A DNA stretch of 60,887 nucleotides from Candidatus Gallibacteroides avistercoris (GCA_018714665.1 DVNA01000111.1:1-60887), one strand, 5' to 3'. Counted from the first letter of the stretch, positions 29,790 to 39,211 are shown. Notes: generated from the letters alone by a model not told the origin. Numbers and translations are program-made.

Positions 29790-30521
29790 TTAGTTTATAA
29801 AGTTTAACCTGAATTTCGATTTTTGTTCCCGCTCGTACTGCGTTTTGTTGAATATATAATATTGTGCGGGCTTATGGGCCACCCCCTGTTCTTTTTCGTT
29901 GGTGGGAATCAAGTAACCCGACGACAATATTTTTTTCCGGAAATTGCGATTGTCTATCTCAACCCCCAACACCGCCTCGTACAAATTTTGCAATTGCCGG
30001 ATGGTTATCTTCCGGGGCAGCAACTCAAAGGCAATGTGCAACTGCATCAACTCGCGCGAAAGGGTTTCGAGGGCACACATCACAATCTCCTTATGGTCCA
30101 GTCCCAGCGAGCGGATAGATTGCACATCGACCCATTTGGCTTTTTTCCGCATCGTATAGGTCAGAATCCGGTCGTTCAACTTTACCAGCGAATAGTAGGC
30201 AACCGTTACGACACGGGGGGTATTTATCTGGTAAAAACGGTTCAACCAGGCCAAGTCCTCTCCCCTGACCCGTTCCGGGTCAGAGAAAACGTGCAACTGT
30301 TTCAAATAGATGTTCTCCAAGCCGGTGGTTTGCGCCAATACCCGGTAGGCAGCCTGCGACAACGTTTCATCCTCGTAAATCATGCTGCCCGGCAACTTAT
30401 AATCCTCCTTCTCTTCGATACCATTCTTCTGTTCCCGTTTTATTAACAGGACATTCAACGAGGTACCGTCAAAGCCGAAAATGACGCAATCTACCGATAT
30501 AGAACTGTTTATTTGCCTCAT
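29790..30521 (-). CDS. Nudix-fold transcriptional regulator (NrtR family, XylR/AraR-like)
   Basis: Track ORF begins at TTG 30548, which overlaps a TAACTTTG -7 box. I use ATG 30521 (MRQINSS...). Nudix fold with a degenerate box (AAYRVLAQTTGL instead of AAxRELxEExGL) plus a C-terminal winged-helix-like domain. Confidence 0.7.
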   Translation of the reverse strand: MRQINSSISVDCVIFGFDGTSLNVLLIKREQKNGIEEKEDYKLPGSMIYEDETLSQAAYRVLAQTTGLENIYLKQLHVFSDPERVRGEDLAWLNRFYQINTPRVVTVAYYSLVKLNDRILTYTMRKKAKWVDVQSIRSLGLDHKEIVMCALETLSRELMQLHIAFELLPRKITIRQLQNLYEAVLGVEIDNRNFRKKILSSGYLIPTNEKEQGVAHKPAQYYIFNKTQYEREQKSKFRLNFIN

Positions 30522-30545
30522 ACCCTTTTCTTGATGAACTCTATA

Positions 30546-30553
30546 CAAAGTTA
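30546..30553 (-). promoter_or_regulatory. -7 box TAACTTTG for the Nudix-regulator/xyl operon
   Basis: Exact match 25 nt upstream of ATG 30521. Confidence 0.5.
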
Positions 30554-30798
30554 AAATAAATGAACGAGAAATCCAATGTAAATGTTTCTTTTACGCTAAC
30601 TGCCTCACGGCAAAATGTTTCGGCCTCCCTATCTTCCCAGATTCCCGGCCATACACAAAAGAGTATTTTAAACGCTAACCCATCTTGACTCTTACCTGAA
30701 AACAAAGCAGATAGAAAACGATTGATCCGCTTCGTCCTACCCAGAAGAGCGAACCCTCCCCCTCTCATACTTGCCCGCCTTCCCGAAAAATTTTTCAC

Positions 30799-30837
30799 AA
30801 AAAAAAGAGAGATTGCCATCATCCTGACAATCTCTCT
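30799..30837 (-). terminator. Intrinsic terminator of the tRNA-Asn pair
   Basis: Minus strand AGAGAGATTG-(12-nt loop)-CAATCTCTCT followed by T8, starting 3 nt after the distal tRNA. Confidence 0.85.
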
Positions 30838-30839
30838 CG

Positions 30840-30913
30840 CTCTTCAGGTAGGACTTGAACCTACGACCCTCTGATTAACAGTCAGATGCTCTAACCGACT
30901 GAGCTACTGAAGA
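30840..30913 (-). tRNA. tRNA-Asn (anticodon GTT), distal copy, no encoded CCA
   Basis: Minus strand TCTTCAG-TA-GCTC-AGTCGGTTA-GAGC-A-TCTGA-CTGTTAA-TCAGA-GGGTC-GTAGG-TTCAAGT-CCTAC-CTGAAGA-G folds as a 74-nt cloverleaf; the 3' flank is CGA. Confidence 0.95.
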
Positions 30914-30931
30914 AAATATAAACTCTCAAAT

Positions 30932-31008
30932 TGGCTCTTCAGGTAGGACTTGAACCTACGACCCTCTGATTAACAGTCAGATGCTCTAACCGACTGAGCT
31001 ACTGAAGA
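30932..31008 (-). tRNA. tRNA-Asn (anticodon GTT), proximal copy, CCA encoded
   Basis: The 74-nt body (30935-31008) is identical to the other copy; the 3' flank reads CCA (complement of 30932-30934). Confidence 0.95.
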
Positions 31009-31036
31009 AGATTTGCTCTTTTCTCAAATTGCAGGG

Positions 31037-31044
31037 CAAAAGTA
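31037..31044 (-). promoter_or_regulatory. -7 box TACTTTTG for the tRNA-Asn pair
   Basis: Exact match 29 nt upstream of the mature 5' end at 31008. Confidence 0.5.
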
Positions 31045-31067
31045 ATGCCTATTTTCCAATTATGCAA

Positions 31068-31075
31068 TATATTTG
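31068..31075 (+). promoter_or_regulatory. -7 box TATATTTG for the PfkB kinase gene
   Basis: Exact match 18 nt upstream of ATG 31093. Confidence 0.5.
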
Positions 31076-31092
31076 TAGAAATTTTTATTTAC

Positions 31093-32073
31093 ATGAAGAT
31101 ATTAGGCATGGGCAATGCGCTGACAGACGTATTAGCCACACTACAATCCGACACGATTATTCAAGAGGCTGGCCTGCTCAAAGGCGGGATGAAACTCATT
31201 GACATCGAACGCTTAGAGAAGCTGAAACAGCTGTTTTCCACCATCCATACATCCCGGGCGTGCGGCGGATCGGCAGCCAACGCCATTACAGGCCTGACCC
31301 ATCTGGGCATCGACACCGGGTTCATCGGAAAAGTCGGTCGCGACGATTTAGGGAGATTCTACGAACAGGACCTGCTCGACAACGGCATCGAATCGCATTT
31401 GCAAAAAGGCGATGCCAGCTCCGGATGCGCCATGACCTTCATCTCCCCCGACGGAGAACGCACTTTCGGCACCTACCTGGGAGCCGCTGCCGACCTGTCG
31501 GCCACCGACCTGTCGGCCGAAATGTTCAGCGGATACGACCTGTTGCACATCGAAGGCTATCTGGTGCAAGACCCCGCCTTAATCCGCAAAGCGGTTCAAC
31601 TGGCCCAAAGCCAGGGGTTGAAAATCTCCCTCGACATGGCCAGTTACAACGTCATCAAGCAACAGCCCGAATTTTCGCGCGAGCTGGTAACCGGTTACGC
31701 CGACATCGTATTTGCCAACGAAGAAGAGGCGCTCGCCTATACCGGACAGCCTCCCCGCCAAGCCGTCGAAGAGATTGCCCGGCAATGCGACATCGCCGTA
31801 GTCAAATGCGGCAAGGAGGGCTCTTTCATTCAACAAGGCGACACTTGCCTGCACATCGGCGCACTCCCTGTCCAATGCATCGACAGCACCGGCGCCGGAG
31901 ACCTCTACGCCGCCGGATTCCTCTACGGGTTGGCAACCGGATGCTCCCTCGAACAGGCCGGACGTATCGGTACCCTGTTGGCCGGGAACGTCATCGAAGT
32001 AATCGGCCCCCGCATGGAGCAGGCCCGTTGGGATAAAATAAAGTTAAAAGTCCGTGAGCTATTAGGTGCATAA
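31093..32073 (+). CDS. PfkB-family carbohydrate/nucleoside kinase (adenosine kinase-like)
   Basis: Start trimmed to ATG 31093 (MKILGMGNAL...), 18 nt after the TATATTTG box at 31068-31075. PfkB signature DSTGAGDLYAAGFLYG. Confidence 0.8.
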   Translation: MKILGMGNALTDVLATLQSDTIIQEAGLLKGGMKLIDIERLEKLKQLFSTIHTSRACGGSAANAITGLTHLGIDTGFIGKVGRDDLGRFYEQDLLDNGIESHLQKGDASSGCAMTFISPDGERTFGTYLGAAADLSATDLSAEMFSGYDLLHIEGYLVQDPALIRKAVQLAQSQGLKISLDMASYNVIKQQPEFSRELVTGYADIVFANEEEALAYTGQPPRQAVEEIARQCDIAVVKCGKEGSFIQQGDTCLHIGALPVQCIDSTGAGDLYAAGFLYGLATGCSLEQAGRIGTLLAGNVIEVIGPRMEQARWDKIKLKVRELLGA

Positions 32074-32127
32074 CAATAGTTTCCCTACCTTAGTCCTTCA
32101 CATAACACTATACATATATAATATAAC

Positions 32128-33810
32128 ATGACAACCCGTAGAAATTTCACCATAAAGCACCTCGCCATTCTGGTGGTAGTATGTCTGGCCGCCGGATTCA
32201 TCACCGGATTCACCAGCGAAAAGCGGAACTTCCAATTATCCAAAAACCTGGATATTTTCAACGCCATCGTCAAAGAGCTAGACCTCTTCTATGTCGATAC
32301 GTTGAATGCCGAGAAGACCATCAACGTGGGGATAGAAGCGATGCTGGCCAGCCTCGACCCCTATACCCAATACTATCCCGAATCCCAGAAAGAGGACTTC
32401 CAGTTCCTGGCTACGGGCGAATATGGCGGAATAGGCGCACTGATTGTCCAACGCGACAGCGGCGTATACATCTCCGAGCCCTACGAAGGGATGCCCTCCC
32501 AGATAGCCGACCTGAGAGCCGGCGACAAACTGCTGAAAATAGACGACACGGACCTCTCGCAAAAAACCTCCTCCGAAGTAAGCGACCTGCTCAAAGGACA
32601 AGCCAACTCCAAAATCGTGCTCACCATCGAGCGCAACGGACAACAGCTGACCAAAGAGATCACCCGCAAGAAGATCGTCATGAAAGCCGTCCCCTACTAT
32701 ACCATGCTGAACGACGGCATCGGCTACATTTGTTTGGAGAGCTTTACCGACAAGGCCGCTGACGAAACCAAAGAGGCGTTGCTCGATTTGATGAAAAACC
32801 ACCAGATGCAGGCCCTCGTCCTAGACCTGCGGAACAATCCGGGCGGAGTGCTGGAAGATGCCGTACGCATCGTCAACCTCTTCGTTCCCAAAGGACAAGA
32901 GGTACTCTCCACCAAAGGTAAGGTAAAACAGTGGGACAAAACCTACAAAACCACCCAGGATCCGGTAGCCGCCGATCTGCCGCTGGTCGTACTGATCAAC
33001 CGCAATTCGGCATCGGCCTCCGAAATCGTGGCCGGTGCGCTGCAAGACCTCGACCGTGCCGTCATCATCGGCGAGAGAAGCTACGGCAAAGGGCTGGTAC
33101 AGAGCTCGCGCAACCTGCCCTACGACGGTACGCTGAAAGTAACCATCTCCAAATACTACATCCCCAGCGGACGGCTGATACAGGCCATCGACTATACACA
33201 CCGCAACGAAGACGGCAGTGTGGCACGCGTCCCCAAAGAGAAGATGAAAGAGTTCAAGACCGCCAACGGGCGCAGCGTGTATGACGGCGGAGGCATCATG
33301 CCCGACAAAGAGGTAGAGAGCCAGAAGATGAAAAACATCGTCTTCTACCTTCTCTCCGATTTCGTCATCTTCGACTACGCCACCCAATACGTCAACAACC
33401 ATCCCACGATTGCCCCCATCGCCGAATACACCTTTACGGACGAAGACTTCAACGATTTCAAGCAATTCGTACAACAACAAAACTTCACCTACGACAAACA
33501 GAGCGAAAAGGCGATGAAAGAGCTGCGTTCTCTCCTGGAATTTGAAGGATACTACGACGGGGCCAAAGAGGAATTTGCCGCCCTCGAAAAGAAACTCAAC
33601 CACAACCTGGACCAGGACCTGGAAACCGCCCGCGAAGAGATCAAGGAGTTCCTCTCGCTCGAAATAGCCAAACGCTACTACTTCCAGCGGGGAGAAATCA
33701 TACAGGGCCTGAAAAAAGACCGAATCCTGGATGCCAGCGTCCAGCTGCTGAAAGACCCCGAACGCTATAAAAAGACCCTTCTTCCCCCCACCGGGAAGGA
33801 GGCCGTATAA
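32128..33810 (+). CDS. S41-family C-terminal processing peptidase
   Basis: 560 aa; N-terminal membrane anchor, PDZ domain, catalytic NSASASEIVAGALQD and GERSYGKGLVQ. Confidence 0.87.
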   Translation: MTTRRNFTIKHLAILVVVCLAAGFITGFTSEKRNFQLSKNLDIFNAIVKELDLFYVDTLNAEKTINVGIEAMLASLDPYTQYYPESQKEDFQFLATGEYGGIGALIVQRDSGVYISEPYEGMPSQIADLRAGDKLLKIDDTDLSQKTSSEVSDLLKGQANSKIVLTIERNGQQLTKEITRKKIVMKAVPYYTMLNDGIGYICLESFTDKAADETKEALLDLMKNHQMQALVLDLRNNPGGVLEDAVRIVNLFVPKGQEVLSTKGKVKQWDKTYKTTQDPVAADLPLVVLINRNSASASEIVAGALQDLDRAVIIGERSYGKGLVQSSRNLPYDGTLKVTISKYYIPSGRLIQAIDYTHRNEDGSVARVPKEKMKEFKTANGRSVYDGGGIMPDKEVESQKMKNIVFYLLSDFVIFDYATQYVNNHPTIAPIAEYTFTDEDFNDFKQFVQQQNFTYDKQSEKAMKELRSLLEFEGYYDGAKEEFAALEKKLNHNLDQDLETAREEIKEFLSLEIAKRYYFQRGEIIQGLKKDRILDASVQLLKDPERYKKTLLPPTGKEAV

Positions 33811-33843
33811 CAAACACGAACAACTATCAACACAACCTATACA

Positions 33844-34683
33844 ATGAAAAAACTCATCCTGCTCGTTGCCATCTGCCTCATCCCCCTCTCGGCAATAGAA
33901 GCCAAAAAAAAATGCCAGATGAACATCGCCTCCTTTAACCTGCGCATGGACACCGAAAGCGATAAAGAGAACGCTTGGAAATACCGGAAAGATTTCGTAT
34001 GCGCCCTGGTTAACTTCCACGACTTCGACATATTCGGCACCCAAGAAGGTTTCACCCACCAGCTGAACGACCTGACCCGCAGCGGCGAGTACGCCTACGT
34101 AGGCGTAGGACGCGACGACGGTAAGGACGAAGGCGAACACTCGGCCATTCTCTACAAGACCAGCCGCTTCCAGGTTCTGAAACAGGGCAATTTCTGGTTC
34201 TCCGAAACCCCCGAAGAACCCTCGTACGGGTGGGACGCCGAGATACGCAGAATCTGTTCGTGGGCCCAATTCAAAGACAAAATCTCCGGCAAGAAGTTCT
34301 ACTTCTTCAACGTCCACTACGACCACATCGCCCCCATCGCCCGGAGAGAATCGTCCAAGCTGCTGTTGCAACGCATCAAGGAGATTGCCGGCGACGCACC
34401 CGTCTTCTGTACGGGCGACTTCAATGCCGACGAGACATCCGAACCCATACAACTCATCTACAACGACGGCCTGCTGAAAGACTCGTACCGGATTACCGCC
34501 ACCCCTCCCTACGGGCCCGTGGGTACCTGGCACGACTACAACCTCGATACAAAATACGACCGGATCGACTACATCTTTGTAACCGACGGCATTACCATAC
34601 ACAAATACGGAGCCCTTTCTGACAACCTCCACCGCAAATTACCCTCCGACCATTATCCGATTATGGTAGAGGCTGAATTTTAA
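33844..34683 (+). CDS. Exported endonuclease/exonuclease/phosphatase (EEP) family protein
   Basis: 279 aa; signal peptide; IASFNLR..., GDFNA, SDHYP motifs of the EEP fold. Confidence 0.8.
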   Translation: MKKLILLVAICLIPLSAIEAKKKCQMNIASFNLRMDTESDKENAWKYRKDFVCALVNFHDFDIFGTQEGFTHQLNDLTRSGEYAYVGVGRDDGKDEGEHSAILYKTSRFQVLKQGNFWFSETPEEPSYGWDAEIRRICSWAQFKDKISGKKFYFFNVHYDHIAPIARRESSKLLLQRIKEIAGDAPVFCTGDFNADETSEPIQLIYNDGLLKDSYRITATPPYGPVGTWHDYNLDTKYDRIDYIFVTDGITIHKYGALSDNLHRKLPSDHYPIMVEAEF

Positions 34684-34694
34684 ATACCATCTAC

Positions 34695-35861
34695 ATGAAA
34701 AAGGCCCTGTTTTCGCTTATCTGCCTGATTGCGGTCACCGCATTCGGCCAGAAAAACTTCAAAATAGTGTACGGTCCATACCTGCAAATGGTAGGCGAAA
34801 ACGAAGCTACCATCCTGTGGGTTACCTCCGCCAAGGCCCTCTCGTGGGTAGAGGTGGCGCCGGACGACGGAAACCACTTCTATGCCGAATCCCGTCCGAA
34901 ATATTTCCAGACGCTTTTCGGCAAACGTACCCTCGGGCGGCTGCATACAGTACGCATCACCGGTCTGGCTCCGGGAACCACTTACCGCTACCGCGTCTGC
35001 TCGAAAGAGGTACTCGACGAACAGCCCTACTCGATTCAATACGGGAAAGTGGCCGCCACCGACGTCTATGGCCGCCAACCGCTGAAATTCACCACACTGG
35101 ACGGCAACAAAAAGAGCGTCCGTTTCAGCGTAGTAAACGACATCCACGGAGATAACGCCCTGCTCAAAGCCCTGACAGGCGACCTGCGCGACAGGAAAGC
35201 GGATTTCATCATCTTCAACGGCGACATGGTAAGCCACATGGACTCCGAACAACAGATCTTCGAAGGATTCCTGAACACCGGCATCGAGCTGTATGCCTCG
35301 GAAATCCCCTTCTACTACTCGCGGGGCAACCACGAAACCCGGGGCATATTCTCCTCGGCGTTCATCCAATACTTTCCCACCCCCACCGGATTACCCTATT
35401 ACGCTTTCAAACAGGGGCCGGTCTTCTTTCTGGTACTGGACGGCGGAGAGGACAAGCCCGACGATTCGTTCGAATACTCTGAAACGGCCGATTTCGACCG
35501 CTACCGGGAGAACCAGGCCCAATGGGTAAAACAGGTAGTGGCCAGCGACGCCTTCAAACAGTCGCCGTTCAAGATAGCCGTCATACACATCCCGCCGGTA
35601 AAAAGCTCCTGGCACGGGCCACTTCATACCAAAAAGACCCTGGTACCCCTGTTGAACGAGGCGGGTATCGACCTGATGCTGTGCGCACACCTGCACCAAC
35701 ACTTTTATTTGGAGAAGGGTGAGGATGGTTGCAACTTCCCGATCCTGATCAACGCCAATACACACGTAACACACATCGACGCCTCGGAAAGAGAGATGAA
35801 CGTAGAGGTGAAGGATCAACAGGGTACGGTTGTCAAAAGAGCGGTATTCCAAGTTAAATAA
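34695..35861 (+). CDS. Exported metallophosphoesterase (purple-acid-phosphatase-like)
   Basis: 388 aa; signal peptide; FN3-like N-domain (PGTTYRYRV); calcineurin-like motifs (NDIHGD, NGDMV, GNHE, AHLH). Confidence 0.78.
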   Translation: MKKALFSLICLIAVTAFGQKNFKIVYGPYLQMVGENEATILWVTSAKALSWVEVAPDDGNHFYAESRPKYFQTLFGKRTLGRLHTVRITGLAPGTTYRYRVCSKEVLDEQPYSIQYGKVAATDVYGRQPLKFTTLDGNKKSVRFSVVNDIHGDNALLKALTGDLRDRKADFIIFNGDMVSHMDSEQQIFEGFLNTGIELYASEIPFYYSRGNHETRGIFSSAFIQYFPTPTGLPYYAFKQGPVFFLVLDGGEDKPDDSFEYSETADFDRYRENQAQWVKQVVASDAFKQSPFKIAVIHIPPVKSSWHGPLHTKKTLVPLLNEAGIDLMLCAHLHQHFYLEKGEDGCNFPILINANTHVTHIDASEREMNVEVKDQQGTVVKRAVFQVK

Positions 35862-35936
35862 CCTATTACTTGTCAGAACGGGTGGCTCCGCCCCTTGACG
35901 CTGCCGATCCCCGGCCTGTTTTTAAACGTAGAAAAT

Positions 35937-35973
35937 AAAAAAAGGACACTCCTGTTTTAGGAGTGTCCTTTTT
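35937..35973. terminator. Bidirectional intrinsic terminator between the metallophosphoesterase gene and pckA
   Basis: A-run, AAGGACACTCCT-GTTTT-AGGAGTGTCCTT, T-run; perfect 12-bp stem. Confidence 0.85.
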
Positions 35974-35994
35974 ATATGAGGGATGTGATTGCGA

Positions 35995-37620
35995 TTATTT
36001 ACCGCAGCAGCAATCCAATTTCGGGCCGGCAGCAACCAATGCTTTACCTACTTCGTTTCCGGTGAACTTAGCAAAGTTCTTGATGAAACGAGAAGCGAGG
36101 TCTTTTGCTTTTTCGGTCCATTGTGCGGGATCTGCATAGGTGTCGCGCGGATCGAGGATTTTGGGATCTACGCCCGGCAATTCGGTCGGAACTACAAATG
36201 AGAAGAACGGAATGGTCTTCGTCGGAGCTTTGTCGATAGAACCGTCCAGGATAGCGTCGATAATACCACGGGTATCTTTGATAGAGATACGTTTTCCGGT
36301 TCCGTTCCATCCGGTGTTCACCAAGTAAGCCTTTGCTCCGGTCTTTTGCATCTTCTTCACCAGTTCTTCGCCGTATTTGGTCGGATGCAATGACAAGAAG
36401 GCAGCACCGAAACAAGCCGAGAAGGTCGGAGTCGGTTCGGTAATACCCCGTTCAGTACCGGCCAATTTAGCGGTAAACCCTGAAAGGAAGTAGTATTGAG
36501 TCTGTTCCGGAGTCAAGATAGAAACCGGAGGCAATACACCGAATGCATCAGCCGACAAGAAGATAACTTGTTTGGCGTGCGGACCTTTTGAAATGGGTTT
36601 AACGATGTTTTCGATGTGATAAATCGGGTAAGAAACACGGGTGTTTTCAGTAACCGATTTGTCTGCAAAGTCAATCTTGCCGTTGGCATCAACCGTAACG
36701 TTTTCCAACAAAGCGTCGCGTTTGATAGCGTTGTAGATGTCGGGTTCGCTTTCCTTATCCAGGTTGATTACCTTGGCATAGCAACCGCCTTCATAGTTGA
36801 ATACACCTTCGTCGTCCCATCCGTGTTCGTCATCACCGATCAACAGACGTTTCGGGTCGGTAGACAAAGTTGTTTTCCCGGTCCCTGACAAACCGAAGAA
36901 GATAGCAGAGCTCTTTCCTTCTTTGTCCGTATTGGCAGAGCAGTGCATAGAAGCAATACCGCGCAACGGGTTCAGGTAGTTCATGATAGAGAAGATACCT
37001 TTCTTCATTTCACCACCGTACCAGGTATTGAGAATCACCTGTTCGTTTGTTTTCAGGTTGAAAACCGTAGCAGTTTCAGAGTTCAATCCCAGTTCCTTGT
37101 AGTTATCTACTTTGGCTTTGGCTGCGTTGAACGATACGAAATCGGGTTCTCCGTAGTTAGCCAATTCTTCTGCCGTAGGACGGATGAACATATTGGTTAC
37201 GAAATGTGCCTGCCATGCCACTTCCATGATGAAGCGTACTTTCAGACGAGTAGCAGCATTTGCACCGCAGAAAGTATCTACCACGAACAAACGTTTGCCA
37301 GAGAGTTCTTTTACAGCTTTTGCTTTCAAATCGGCCCAAGCTGCTTCTGAGCAAGGTTTGTTGTCGTTTTTGTATTCGTCAGAAGTCCACCATACTGAAT
37401 TTTCACTGGCTTCGTTCTTTACAAAGAATTTATCCTTAGGAGAACGGCCGGTATAGATACCTGTCATTACGTTTACGGCACCTAATTCCGTAACTTGTCC
37501 TTTTTCAAAACCTTCCAATCCCGGTTTTGTTTCTTCTGCGAACAGTTGTTCGTAGCTCGGATTGTGGATGATTTCTTTTACATCTACAATACCATACTTG
37601 GTTAAATCTAATGTAGCCAT
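35995..37620 (-). CDS. pckA: Phosphoenolpyruvate carboxykinase (ATP)
   Basis: 541 aa; [13 protein letters not shown] kinase-1a loop and IGDDEHGW motif. Confidence 0.95.
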   Translation of the reverse strand: MATLDLTKYGIVDVKEIIHNPSYEQLFAEETKPGLEGFEKGQVTELGAVNVMTGIYTGRSPKDKFFVKNEASENSVWWTSDEYKNDNKPCSEAAWADLKAKAVKELSGKRLFVVDTFCGANAATRLKVRFIMEVAWQAHFVTNMFIRPTAEELANYGEPDFVSFNAAKAKVDNYKELGLNSETATVFNLKTNEQVILNTWYGGEMKKGIFSIMNYLNPLRGIASMHCSANTDKEGKSSAIFFGLSGTGKTTLSTDPKRLLIGDDEHGWDDEGVFNYEGGCYAKVINLDKESEPDIYNAIKRDALLENVTVDANGKIDFADKSVTENTRVSYPIYHIENIVKPISKGPHAKQVIFLSADAFGVLPPVSILTPEQTQYYFLSGFTAKLAGTERGITEPTPTFSACFGAAFLSLHPTKYGEELVKKMQKTGAKAYLVNTGWNGTGKRISIKDTRGIIDAILDGSIDKAPTKTIPFFSFVVPTELPGVDPKILDPRDTYADPAQWTEKAKDLASRFIKNFAKFTGNEVGKALVAAGPKLDCCCGK

Positions 37621-37692
37621 CTGTTTGTTTTTAATTAATTGACTAAATTTATTTATATCTATTCTCTCTTTTTACATTTCTATAAGCCGACA

Positions 37693-37700
37693 CAAAATTA
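37693..37700 (-). promoter_or_regulatory. -7 box TAATTTTG for pckA
   Basis: Exact match 73 nt upstream of ATG 37620, in a 371-nt AT-rich divergent spacer. Confidence 0.4.
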
Positions 37701-37909
37701 ATATAAATATCCACAAGTAGGTTCTCAATTAAAGAAATATTTCTGTAATTCATCTAAAAAATTGATAATACATTTATAATAAACCGATTAAACCTGTCAT
37801 TTCGTTCTTAAAGGGAACAAAACAAGGTCTTTACACGATGTTTTTTCACGACGAAACGCCTCCTCAACATATTTTTTAAACCTTATCGACAGAAATTACC
37901 AATTATTGT

Positions 37910-37917
37910 GTACTTTT
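37910..37917 (+). promoter_or_regulatory. -7 box TACTTTTG for the GNAT-like gene
   Basis: Exact match 75 nt upstream of ATG 37992. Confidence 0.4.
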
Positions 37918-37991
37918 GCTCGTTGTAACTGTATCGTTTTCTGGGCACAGAAGATGCAGCCAAAGTCTATCACACTCAAATAGAAACGAAT

Positions 37992-39119
37992 ATGGCAGTT
38001 TTCGTCAAAGAGATTTCAGGGAAAAAGGAGTTGAAAAAGTTCATCCAGTTTTCTATTGAACTGTACAAGGGTTCTTCTTGCTTCGTTCCGCCGCTGATCG
38101 ACGAAGAGGTCTGCACGCTCTCTCCAAAAACCAATCCGGCGTTCGATTTTTGCGAAGCCGTCTATTATATGGCTTACCGCGACGACAAGCCGGTAGGCCG
38201 GATCGCCGGTATCATCAACCACCAGGTAAACGAAAAGAACGGCGAAATGCACGCCCGTTTCGGCTTTGTCGATTTCATCGACGATCCGGAGGTCAGCCAG
38301 GCCCTGTTCGAGGCAGTCGAACAGTGGGCTCGCAGCAAAGGGATGACCGCCATACAGGGTCCGTTGGGATTTACCGACATGGACCCCGAAGGGATGTTGA
38401 TAGAGGGATTCGACCAGATCGGAACCATGGCCACCATCTACAACTACCCCTACTACCCCGAACACATGACAAGATTAGGGTACCAAAAAGAGATAGACTG
38501 GGTAGAGTTCAAAATCTACATTCCCGACGCCATCCCCGAAAAACACCAGCGTATTTCAGACATCGTCCAGAAGAAATACAACCTGAAAGTACTGAAATTC
38601 ACCAAGACCAAAGCATTGATACAGGGATACGGCCAAAAGATATTCGAGCTGGTCAACCATGCCTATGCCGACCTGTACGGCTACTCCGCCCTGACACAGC
38701 GGCAAATGGACTACTACATCAAGATGTACATCTCCATGCTGCGGCTGGACAACGTTACGTTGATAGCAGACCCCGACAACGAACTGGTAGGCGTAGGCAT
38801 AGCCGTCCCCTCCATGGCCCGGGCCCTGCAAAAATCCAAAGGGAAACTCTTCCCCACCGGTTTCTACCACCTGCTCAAAGCCCTGAAAGGGCAGAACGAC
38901 GTGGTCGACCTGCTGTTGGTAGCCGTCCGTCCCGACTATCAGAACAAAGGCGTAAACGCCCTGCTCTTCTCCGATCTGATACCTGTCTTCATCCGAAACG
39001 GGTACAAATATGCCGAAAGCAATCCCGAACTCGAAATAAACGGGAAGGTACAGTCGCAATGGCAATACTTCGACTACGAACAGCACAAACGGCGGCGAGC
39101 ATTTATCAAAGCCCTGTAA
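37992..39119 (+). CDS. GNAT-like N-acetyltransferase family protein (two-lobed, about 375 aa)
   Basis: 375 aa; C-terminal acetyl-CoA-type motif VRPDYQNKGVNALLF; family recalled from Bacteroidetes annotations; substrate unknown. Confidence 0.6.
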   Translation: MAVFVKEISGKKELKKFIQFSIELYKGSSCFVPPLIDEEVCTLSPKTNPAFDFCEAVYYMAYRDDKPVGRIAGIINHQVNEKNGEMHARFGFVDFIDDPEVSQALFEAVEQWARSKGMTAIQGPLGFTDMDPEGMLIEGFDQIGTMATIYNYPYYPEHMTRLGYQKEIDWVEFKIYIPDAIPEKHQRISDIVQKKYNLKVLKFTKTKALIQGYGQKIFELVNHAYADLYGYSALTQRQMDYYIKMYISMLRLDNVTLIADPDNELVGVGIAVPSMARALQKSKGKLFPTGFYHLLKALKGQNDVVDLLLVAVRPDYQNKGVNALLFSDLIPVFIRNGYKYAESNPELEINGKVQSQWQYFDYEQHKRRRAFIKAL

Positions 39120-39127
39120 TCCGTACC

Positions 39128-39160
39128 CGGCAGGGATGAAACTGGGTTTCATCCCTGCCG
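39128..39160 (+). other. Perfect 15-bp hairpin 9 nt after the GNAT-like gene stop
   Basis: CGGCAGGGATGAAAC-TGG-GTTTCATCCCTGCCG; followed by CTCTGTTTAGG (no clear U-tract). Confidence 0.6.
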
Positions 39161-39211
39161 CTCTGTTTAGGCCTAATCCATCGAAAAATTGCACCGTCCA
39201 AGAAAGTTTCG

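Noticed and set aside
28269-29807. 512-codon plus-strand ORF
   Set aside because: It is codon-aligned antisense to xylB (FGGY kinase). The translation is Arg/Gly/Pro-rich with no motifs.
30593-30679. Direct repeat ACGCTAAC (30593-30600 and 30672-30679) upstream of the xyl operon as a candidate operator
   Set aside because: An 8-mer repeated once within about 250 nt is close to chance expectation, and it has no palindromic character. I kept it only as a note for footprinting.
30541-30822. 93-codon minus-strand ORF between the tRNA terminator and the xyl operon promoter
   Set aside because: Its 5' end overlaps the tRNA terminator hairpin and its 3' end overlaps the xyl promoter box. It has no recognisable motif and an odd composition, so it is probably spurious.
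30840-31008. Direct repeat of 74 nt that could be mistaken for a repeat array
   Set aside because: Both copies fold into a canonical tRNA-Asn cloverleaf. There are only two units and no spacer-like organisation, so this is not a CRISPR or satellite array.
32821-34632. 603-codon minus-strand ORF spanning two genes and their spacer
   Set aside because: It is codon-aligned antisense to both the S41 peptidase and the EEP gene, which share a frame (33844-32128 = 3x572). The translation is V/G/F/D-rich and repetitive. The sense genes have clear catalytic motifs.
37621-37991. 371-nt AT-rich spacer between pckA and the GNAT-like gene, examined for an sRNA or riboswitch
   Set aside because: The composition and two well-placed divergent TAnnTTTG boxes fit an ordinary divergent promoter region. 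I saw no extended stems or known riboswitch cores.
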